Position numbers and translations under genes: made by a program. Source: a virus (lineage: Duplodnaviria > Caudoviricetes). From it: a stretch of 64,000 nt of DNA. Within the stretch, counting starts at the first letter, position 1. Every line of letters begins with the position of its first letter. The notes beneath the pieces are model-generated. The model saw only the letters and a list, made by a program, of their open reading frames with translations, made no database searches and was not told the origin of the DNA. Positions 27,501-34,302 of this stretch are shown here, piece by piece. The DNA lies in IMG/VR virus record IMGVR_UViG_3300031993_000007; one strand, 5' to 3'.

Positions 27501-28006
27501 TGATCTCCCTCAACTAAGTTTCTAAGAGTACCAATACAAATTTTAACAAAATTCTTGCTGTCTTCCTGAAGGTCCATGCGAATTTGTTGATTCTGATTGC
27601 CGGAGCCTTCCAAGCTGTCTTTAACAAAATCACCATTCGAGATAACTTCTTCCATCTTGAAAATGTAATGAATAGGATCCAAGATTATCTCTTCTGTACA
27701 GATTTTTATAGCAAGGATTTGTCGGTAGTCCGTTTTCCAGCACTTGATAACTGTAGGTATCTCTTGAGGACTTATAGAGCTAACCCAATCAAGTACATGG
27801 CTAAATTCTCGGCTGTCATTACAGAAACATTCCGCGCAATGCTTACTGGCGCTCTGGAAGAGCCAGTCACGATCATGAGTATTTCTGCACGAATACACAT
27901 ACAGAACAAAGCATACCGCTACAGCTTCTTCCGTGTGAGAGAAGTGCGTTATTCCTCCTGTTGCATCTCGTACCCATAAACCTGTATTTTCTTCTTCAAT
28001 TTCCAT
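27479..28006 (-). CDS. DP-module family, array member 5
   Basis: EIILDPIHYIFKM ... RNLVEG. Confidence 0.8.
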   Translation of the reverse strand: MEIEEENTGLWVRDATGGITHFSHTEEAVAVCFVLYVYSCRNTHDRDWLFQSASKHCAECFCNDSREFSHVLDWVSSISPQEIPTVIKCWKTDYRQILAIKICTEEIILDPIHYIFKMEEVISNGDFVKDSLEGSGNQNQQIRMDLQEDSKNFVKICIGTLRNLVEGDQCITKTK

Positions 28007-28007
28007 A

Positions 28008-28448
28008 TTACTCCAGTAGGGTTTTAAAGTGGTCTCGGTGAATTTTAAGCGTAGCTTTTTGGATACGCCCTCCGATAAATCCGTTTATAGCTTTATCAAA
28101 AGCTGCTGTAACTTTCGGGCATACTTCTATGGCATTTACAATGATGGAAATCATTACGTCAGTCACAATTCGGACTTCTTGATCATTTATCCAGTAGGCG
28201 ATGGCTTCTCTGGTGGAATATCCTCTGATTTTACATTGCCATAGGATTTCTATGAAATAACCAAAAGAGCGATTATCCTTGCAGATAGATTCCTTGCAAA
28301 GAATTTCTGATAAATCTTTACAAAGATCTTTGTATTGATCAGGAGACAGCGGCGTGGAATCTTTGTCTAAAGCACAGATATCCGTCAGATGGATTAGATC
28401 CTCAAGATACTCAAGGTGCTTATCCTGAAATTGGTTTAAGTAGGCCAT
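28008..28448 (-). CDS. DP-module family, array member 4 (degenerate motif)
   Basis: AIEVCPKVTAAF ... KTLLE*. Confidence 0.7.
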   Translation of the reverse strand: MAYLNQFQDKHLEYLEDLIHLTDICALDKDSTPLSPDQYKDLCKDLSEILCKESICKDNRSFGYFIEILWQCKIRGYSTREAIAYWINDQEVRIVTDVMISIIVNAIEVCPKVTAAFDKAINGFIGGRIQKATLKIHRDHFKTLLE

Positions 28449-28449
28449 A

Positions 28450-28902
28450 CTATCCTTGGATTAAAGATTGAAGATTCTTGATGTACCCTTCGATTTCTAT
28501 CATTTCCTTACTGGCATAGAAATGAGAGTCTTCAAGGCTAGAAGTAATATTAAACATGTTTTCGCATACTTTGAAACGCTCATTAAAGACTTCAACCATC
28601 TTTGGAACTATGGTAGCCGGATTAAGAACAATCTCATTGACCAATTCTGTCACAGAATTCTCGTGTAAGTAATTCTTGAAGGATTTGCCAATCTCAGAAT
28701 CGATCTGAATATCTCCAAATATTACGCAACAAATCAACGAATGATTAACATCACTGAACAGATATCCAAATTCTTCTTTGTATTTCGGATCCTCAGCTCC
28801 AGAAGATCCGAGCTTATTACTAACGATGCAGTGACATCTCCAAAAGATCTTATAGATTTTTAGATAATCGACTCCATCAAGTTTGACTGGAGGTCTAAAC
28901 AT
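28450..28902 (-). CDS. DP-module family, array member 3
   Basis: EIVLNPATIVPKMVEVF ... QSLIQG*. Confidence 0.8.
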   Translation of the reverse strand: MFRPPVKLDGVDYLKIYKIFWRCHCIVSNKLGSSGAEDPKYKEEFGYLFSDVNHSLICCVIFGDIQIDSEIGKSFKNYLHENSVTELVNEIVLNPATIVPKMVEVFNERFKVCENMFNITSSLEDSHFYASKEMIEIEGYIKNLQSLIQG

Positions 28903-29246
28903 AACTTCCCTTCATTCAAAAAGTGTTTACGAATTTCGTCTATGATTTGTACGCCACTTCCCTCTTCCATCCACATATTGCAATGAATGCTAAACGGTTC
29001 TAGATCCTTAAAGACTTTTCTCAATGGCATAAGATACTTGTCCGGATCCAGACTTATGGCACGCTCTAGCTTCGATTCAATATCTGAAAGTAGGTAGAGG
29101 CTTTCGTCCTGCCACTTTATCCATATAGCTAGTCTGGTATTGTCAATGCTGAATTCTTCTTTCATAAAATCCAAGCAATGATCACCAATAGCTTCTGTCA
29201 TGTACAAGCACTTCGAAAGCATTTTAGCAAAGATGTATTTCTGCAT
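28860..29246 (-). CDS. DP-module family, array member 2
   Basis: AISLDPDKYLMPL. Confidence 0.8.
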   Translation of the reverse strand: MQKYIFAKMLSKCLYMTEAIGDHCLDFMKEEFSIDNTRLAIWIKWQDESLYLLSDIESKLERAISLDPDKYLMPLRKVFKDLEPFSIHCNMWMEEGSGVQIIDEIRKHFLNEGKLCLDLQSNLMESII

Positions 29247-29252
29247 AGTTTC

Positions 29253-29729
29253 TCACTGAAGAAGATGAAGACTCTCTAGAAATTCTTCCTCTGCGACTAC
29301 AAGCGGAGGATTTAAAGCGATTTTCTTGTATCGCTCTAGGAATGGAAGATAGAACCTTATCGGATCTAGTTTCATTAAATCATAGATTGCCTGAGCATTT
29401 TCAATGACTTCTTTCTTGATGCTTGGATAAATCGTGAAATTAGTAACAGCAACATCCCAGTTACTCTTCAAGACAACTATCTGCCAAGGATCTATCCCAG
29501 ATTCTTCTTTAATACTGCTCAGAAGAGTGTCATAAGTATGAATGCGAAGAGTGCGGCAGTACTTTTCTACGATGTTAATTAGCTGCGATGCCGTATCTAT
29601 ATCAAGAATTTTCTTTTGTCTTGATTCTTCGCTTGACTTTGTAGTTTCTTCCGTACTTGACAAGGTAGATTCCTCCACTTTTGAGAATTGCACTAACAGG
29701 AATGACTTTGCGATCTCCGGTATAGCCAC
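29253..29729 (-). CDS. DP-module family, array member 1 (may be the 3' part of a frameshifted gene starting at 29997)
   Basis: LMKLDPIRFYLPFL ... LHLLQ*. Confidence 0.75.
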   Translation of the reverse strand: MAIPEIAKSFLLVQFSKVEESTLSSTEETTKSSEESRQKKILDIDTASQLINIVEKYCRTLRIHTYDTLLSSIKEESGIDPWQIVVLKSNWDVAVTNFTIYPSIKKEVIENAQAIYDLMKLDPIRFYLPFLERYKKIALNPPLVVAEEEFLESLHLLQ

Positions 29730-29997
29730 TATAGACTAAGGATATCCCGGTGTCCTCGTTAGTAGATTCAAGGATATCTCTGATAGCTCTGGCATAGTAA
29801 AACTTTTCAACCGGAGTATCATTGAAGTCAATGTTGAACAGGAGCTGGTTTGAATCTCGATCGAACTCAACTCCGTAAGGGACACTTCCATTAATGGGAA
29901 GCACATTAGGAAATAACTCTAGCCTAACCGTTCCAATCACATTCTCTTTGAAGCGGCTGAAAGATTTAAGTAATCCTTTGGATTTTGATGTGTACAT
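29602..29997 (-). CDS. hypothetical protein (start revised to MYTSK)
   Basis: GAGG SD downstream of promoter 30022; 128-nt overlap with next ORF. Confidence 0.65.
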   Translation of the reverse strand: MYTSKSKGLLKSFSRFKENVIGTVRLELFPNVLPINGSVPYGVEFDRDSNQLLFNIDFNDTPVEKFYYARAIRDILESTNEDTGISLVYSGYTGDRKVIPVSAILKSGGIYLVKYGRNYKVKRRIKTKENS

Positions 29998-30021
29998 TTT
30001 TACCTCTTGATGTTCAAGATA

Positions 30022-30061
30022 TAATATACTATAAAAAATAAAAGCGCACCCTAAGGTGCGC
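30022..30061 (-). promoter_or_regulatory. NAD operon terminator (30044-30061) + early promoter (30022-30028) heading the DP array
   Basis: GCGCACC/GGTGCGC stem, T-run, TATATTA. Confidence 0.8.
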
Positions 30062-30067
30062 CTTGTT

Positions 30068-30853
30068 TTATTCTTCAACCATTTCCAAGTTGGGGTTAAA
30101 CGCCGGGATGTTGAGCATCCTACGTTTGAATTCGTTAGTCTTCATACGAGCAATGATAGCTTGCTTCACACCTTCAGTAATGTTCTTACCGTCGTTGCGA
30201 ATGAAGTCATCAATGTCTGCGTACTTCAGACCCATCTTGGCTTCGTCAGATTGTCCAGAGAGTCCGTCAGCTGGAGTCTTGAGAACAAGATCTTCAGGAA
30301 GACCCAGTTCGAGACCTAGCTTGCGGACTTCAGTCTTGGTGAGGTTTCCAAGCGGAGCAAAGGATCCCATGTCTGCCCAGAGGGTAAAATAACCCATCAT
30401 CAGTTCAGACAAGTTTGCAGTGCAGACCACCACAGATTCTGGAATGTAAGCCTGAGCAATGCCGAATTCGACAGCTTGGCGAACACGAGGAACCATGTTG
30501 ATCTTTGCTTGCATATTCAGATCACCGCCCTTAGCTGGGCCAGCGAGACGGATCGTAGCTTCGGTAGCCATGCAGGCTAGAGCGAGGTTAGCTTCAATGG
30601 TATGAATGACACCAGCGGCCTTTGCAGCGCGCTTAGCATCTTCAAAGTCTGCCTGAATACCATTAGGCATGAATATGCCAAAAACGTGATCCGGGCCGAT
30701 AGATTCGGTCAAGAGCCTTGCGATGACAGTAGAGTCAGTTCCGCCGGAAATACCCAGCACAACATTCTTTGCATGGCACGAAGCCACAGTGTCAACTGTC
30801 CAGCTTTTCATAGCCTGAACGGTATTGCGGTAGTCTTTGATTGCTTTCATCAT
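30068..30853 (-). CDS. nadE: NH3-dependent NAD+ synthetase
   Basis: VLGISGGTDS PP-loop, N..PRVR, TANLSE..GYFTLWAD, P..LTKTEV, TPADGL..Q.DE..MG; no glutaminase domain. Confidence 0.95.
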   Translation of the reverse strand: MMKAIKDYRNTVQAMKSWTVDTVASCHAKNVVLGISGGTDSTVIARLLTESIGPDHVFGIFMPNGIQADFEDAKRAAKAAGVIHTIEANLALACMATEATIRLAGPAKGGDLNMQAKINMVPRVRQAVEFGIAQAYIPESVVVCTANLSELMMGYFTLWADMGSFAPLGNLTKTEVRKLGLELGLPEDLVLKTPADGLSGQSDEAKMGLKYADIDDFIRNDGKNITEGVKQAIIARMKTNEFKRRMLNIPAFNPNLEMVEE

Positions 30854-31419
30854 TAGACAATTACCTCGATCATGATGGCCTTAGCAATAGCAATAGCGTG
30901 CTGATGGTTTTCCGGAGTCGTACCAGCCGAATAGCGAGAATCCCAAACGATCTTCTTATCCGGGAACAGGGTACGAAGGATAACAAGGTTAGAAATCACA
31001 CAAATGTCGGATACAAAGCCGACAACCGTAATGCTTTCTGCCTGAGAGATGATCCTGTCAAATTGACGATCGCACCAATCAAAAGTACCGAAAGATTCCT
31101 TGGTGATATCCTTGTAGTACTTTTCCTTGAGGCTTTCCTTAATTTCAGGAACGATTCCCCATCCACAGTTGTCTTCGTCGCGATATGCCTTGTCGTCATC
31201 GCCGATGCAATGCTTCAGGCCATCCGAAGACTTGAGTTTCTGGCCTTCAAGAGTATAGTCATACAACTTGTCTTCATGGGTGTCGTGAGTTACGACAACC
31301 GGCCCTTCCCAGTCACGAATAAGCTTAGCCAGAGAAGGAATAACCTTCTGGGCTGCTTCGTTCTTTAGAGCTCCGGTAACGAAGTCAATTTGCGGGTCGA
31401 TTACTGCTAAAGTATTCAT
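30853..31419 (-). CDS. pncA: nicotinamidase (isochorismatase/cysteine hydrolase fold)
   Basis: VIDPQIDF..GAL, THDTH, HC, K.SFG, VGFVSDICV catalytic Cys; operon context. Confidence 0.88.
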   Translation of the reverse strand: MNTLAVIDPQIDFVTGALKNEAAQKVIPSLAKLIRDWEGPVVVTHDTHEDKLYDYTLEGQKLKSSDGLKHCIGDDDKAYRDEDNCGWGIVPEIKESLKEKYYKDITKESFGTFDWCDRQFDRIISQAESITVVGFVSDICVISNLVILRTLFPDKKIVWDSRYSAGTTPENHQHAIAIAKAIMIEVIV

Positions 31420-31667
31420 TTTTTCTCCTTGGGTGGAATTGTTAGGATAGATTCAACTTTTCTGGTTTCTTTAACGATCTGGACTTCCTTCTTAGGATGC
31501 CTTTTCTGGATATAATCAGCATGTTCCTTAGCACGCTCTTGTGTATCCATTGGATCGCTGTAGAACATTGTTCCGTCTATATCTACGTATGTACGGAAGT
31601 ATGTTTCTGTAAAATTTACTCTGCCACCGGGATGGTCGCAGATGACACTAGTTGGCTTGCCTGTCAT
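31416..31667 (-). CDS. hypothetical protein within NAD operon
   Basis: overlaps both neighbours; AAGGA SD. Confidence 0.7.
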   Translation of the reverse strand: MTGKPTSVICDHPGGRVNFTETYFRTYVDIDGTMFYSDPMDTQERAKEHADYIQKRHPKKEVQIVKETRKVESILTIPPKEKK

Positions 31668-32778
31668 GAGCAGCTTTCCTTTTCAAATGCTCTGCTATGA
31701 TGTCCTTGTGGTGAAATGCCATCTTAGGCAAGTCCCAAATCGGCCACAGCTTTGCTTCAGCAGCATCATCGTCACCTCCGATCTTATCTTCTTGATCACG
31801 AGGAATTCTGACAGAGAATGCCACATCCACAACACGAAGCCTTGGATCAAACACATGAGCATAGGTTTTAAGCTGTACAAAGTCTTCAGGAGGAAGATCC
31901 ACATGAGTTTCTTCCTTGAGTTCTCTAGCAGCCGTATAGTTGATGTCTTTATCCGTAAGATCAAAGAATCCACCCGGCAAGGCCCAATAGTTCTTGAACG
32001 GATAGTTCTTACGACGAATCAATAGCACTTCTTCACTGGAAGTATAAGCTACGATATCTGCCGTAACAGAAGGTTCAGCCCATCCGTGCTTTTCCTTGTC
32101 AATCTTGTACTGAGCAAGGAATGCTTCAAGATTTTCTTCATACTTGGGGCCATTTTGATAGTACAGCTCGTGTATCCAGATATGCCGATAGATGTCTTCA
32201 AAAGTTAGGCTGCTGATTCCATTGGCCATCTTTTCTGCTAAGGTTGGATCACGTTCTAGATAACTTCTGATCGCAGAACTAGAGACATCCTTAGCCTCGG
32301 TTTCAACCAGCTTGTACTTAGCCTTTTCCCAATAAGCATAAGTGAGCCTATCTCGGATAATTCCAAGAGTATTCTTTGTAGTTCTTGTAAAGACCAAGAA
32401 GCTAACCAGATCACGGATTTCCTCGGAACGTTCCCAGAGACCTCTAGCCAACTGTTCAGCCTGATCCAATCCAATACAAAGAGTGGTATCTTCCGGAGTA
32501 GGCTTGATAGACATGTGGGTAAGCTCCCAAGCCATGAGCTCATCTTGCCATTCAACACTAATGCTGTCTCTTGGAATAGGCAGCTTTGTATTGGCTAGCA
32601 AGATTTCAGTCATGGTTCGGCGCTCTTCAGGTTCGGCTTTGTAGTGCTTCTCTGTGTTGTTAGTCACAAAGATTGTGAGCTTGTCAACCTTCGGATCCAT
32701 GATCGAAGCGATCGTTCGGATTATCTCCGAATGTGCAACGGTAGGAGGATCGAAGGCTCCTCCAAAGATGTAGTGCAT
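31648..32778 (-). CDS. nadD: NadD-type nicotinate-mononucleotide adenylyltransferase fused to a Nudix (ADP-ribose pyrophosphatase-like) domain
   Basis: FGGAFDPPTVAH, IGLDQ..L..W, VSSSAIR; C-terminal PSVTAD..VLLIRR..WALPGGF..AARELKEET..DPR..GDDA..AF.H. Confidence 0.88.
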   Translation of the reverse strand: MHYIFGGAFDPPTVAHSEIIRTIASIMDPKVDKLTIFVTNNTEKHYKAEPEERRTMTEILLANTKLPIPRDSISVEWQDELMAWELTHMSIKPTPEDTTLCIGLDQAEQLARGLWERSEEIRDLVSFLVFTRTTKNTLGIIRDRLTYAYWEKAKYKLVETEAKDVSSSAIRSYLERDPTLAEKMANGISSLTFEDIYRHIWIHELYYQNGPKYEENLEAFLAQYKIDKEKHGWAEPSVTADIVAYTSSEEVLLIRRKNYPFKNYWALPGGFFDLTDKDINYTAARELKEETHVDLPPEDFVQLKTYAHVFDPRLRVVDVAFSVRIPRDQEDKIGGDDDAAEAKLWPIWDLPKMAFHHKDIIAEHLKRKAAHDRQAN

Positions 32779-34059
32779 TTACGGTCTCCAGTGTTTCTTT
32801 GGGAAATTGGTTTCGTAGAAACGCTTAATAAAGTCTGCGATAGCTGCTTGGTCACCCTTGAGGCTCATGATTTCATCAAGCGACGTGTAATTGAATGCGT
32901 GAATGATTTCCTTGATACGGTCTTCGTCATGGCAGTTTGTTTTCCCCGGACAGTCAGACATTTTAACAGCCTTGATGCCATTGACTTCTTGCATCTTCAT
33001 GACCATATTCAGCGGATTGCCGCCGACGTTATTAGTCAAGAAGGTTCCTTGGCCAATGCTGATGAGAATGCGGTTCCAGAAGTAATTGACGATATCAACT
33101 ACCTTGTCATCATTCAAAGAGTCGCTGAAGCAAGCAACCTTTGTCATCGGATCAATCTGGTTGTACTTCAAAGCAGCAATGAATAGATCACCCCAAAGGA
33201 ATGGATCGTTACTGTCATGACGAGCGCCGGACGCAAGCTTCATGTAGCGCTTAGTGAATGCCTTAAGGAAGGCAAGGAAACCATAGGTATCGCTTAAAAA
33301 GATACCAAGGTCGCCATCGAATTCCTTTGCCCAAGTTTCAAATGCCGCTTCTTGCGAATCTTCGGTGCGGATTCCCTTCAGACCTTGGAACAACATCTTC
33401 CACGAGTGGGCAAATGTTCCAATCGGCTTCACGCCAAATTTCATGGCCAAGTAGACGTTCGAAGTGCCTACAAAAGCTAAGCACTTTTCGATCAGACGGC
33501 GGACGACGTATTCATGCCAATCATAAGATGCACGACGGCGAGTACCGAAGTCTGCAAGCTGGAACTTCTTGCCTTCATTCCAGAGCTTGTTGTACTTGTC
33601 AATAGCGGCATCAAGATTTTTCTTACCAAGTTCGTAGTCAACACCTTCTTGGTCTGCCATCCAGAGTTCCTGAACAATAGGCATCACAAGGGTTTCATAC
33701 CAGTGGATACGTTCTTCAGGGCCTTCAGCAGTGATATGCAGTTGGTCATCGTAAGATTCAACATTGATATACTTGCGCTTCAGACGGAAGTCTTCAAGGT
33801 ATTCAATGAAATCGTAAGTCAAGTACGGGATGCTGTCAAGGAACTGCAATTCATCAGTGCCATGCTTCAGTTCGCACAGATGATCAATTTGGTAATTGAC
33901 TTCATCCTTCAGGTATCCAGTCTTGACACCTTTAGAGCGGATAGTCAGTTCCCATTTTGTATGGGCGTTCTTGATATTGTGGAAGATCGCCTGACCCATA
34001 GTGTACTTATAGAAGTCAGTATCGGTCAGATGATTGATAATGAATTTATGGTGGGCCAT
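32779..34059 (-). CDS. pncB: nicotinate phosphoribosyltransferase
   Basis: DTDFYKYTM, DFGTRRR, GTSNV, GTFAHSW (phospho-His), SDTYG, RHDS.DP, FSDSL, VKMSD.PGK. Confidence 0.95.
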   Translation of the reverse strand: MAHHKFIINHLTDTDFYKYTMGQAIFHNIKNAHTKWELTIRSKGVKTGYLKDEVNYQIDHLCELKHGTDELQFLDSIPYLTYDFIEYLEDFRLKRKYINVESYDDQLHITAEGPEERIHWYETLVMPIVQELWMADQEGVDYELGKKNLDAAIDKYNKLWNEGKKFQLADFGTRRRASYDWHEYVVRRLIEKCLAFVGTSNVYLAMKFGVKPIGTFAHSWKMLFQGLKGIRTEDSQEAAFETWAKEFDGDLGIFLSDTYGFLAFLKAFTKRYMKLASGARHDSNDPFLWGDLFIAALKYNQIDPMTKVACFSDSLNDDKVVDIVNYFWNRILISIGQGTFLTNNVGGNPLNMVMKMQEVNGIKAVKMSDCPGKTNCHDEDRIKEIIHAFNYTSLDEIMSLKGDQAAIADFIKRFYETNFPKKHWRP

Positions 34060-34091
34060 CTTTTACCTCATTTTAGATAGTGGCTGTAGAT

Positions 34092-34134
34092 TAATATAAA
34101 AATAATCGGATATGGTACAATACCATATCCGATT
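34092..34134 (-). promoter_or_regulatory. terminator (34104-34134) + early promoter (34092-34098) of the NAD operon
   Basis: AATCGGATATGGTA/TACCATATCCGATT stem then TTTTTATATTA. Confidence 0.8.
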
Positions 34135-34262
34135 TAAAAGCAAATCAATATGGCCTTACCGTAAAGGCAAAGCCAGAGACCAAACAGGGGCTTTACCTGC
34201 GAGGTAAAGCGATTGAAGAAACAAGAAGAATAGTCTTTTTCATGTTGAACCCTTATGTTAAC
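34135..34262 (-). ncRNA. candidate late small RNA D, or 16-aa peptide MKKTILLVSSIALPRR (34193-34243)
   Basis: own late motif and terminator; hairpins GCTTTACCT/AGGTAAAGC and GCCTT/AAGGC. Confidence 0.4.
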
Positions 34263-34298
34263 AATAATAAGTTACAAAAAAGAGAGCGAGCGCTCTCT
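34262..34298 (-). promoter_or_regulatory. terminator (34281-34298) + putative late promoter AACTTATTATTG (34262-34273)
   Basis: motif match; AGAGAGCG/CGCTCTCT stem. Confidence 0.6.
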
Positions 34299-34302
34299 AG
34301 AA

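Noticed and set aside
23912-29729. Diversity-generating retroelement or tandem DNA repeats behind the array
   Set aside because: No reverse transcriptase and no TR/VR-like nucleotide repeats seen; similarity is only at the protein-motif level.
32779-34059. Nampt/NadV, i.e. an ordinary NARP2 pathway
   Set aside because: Motifs are PncB-type (DTDFYKYTM, DFGTRRR, T.AH), and pncA plus nadE only make sense for the deamidated route.
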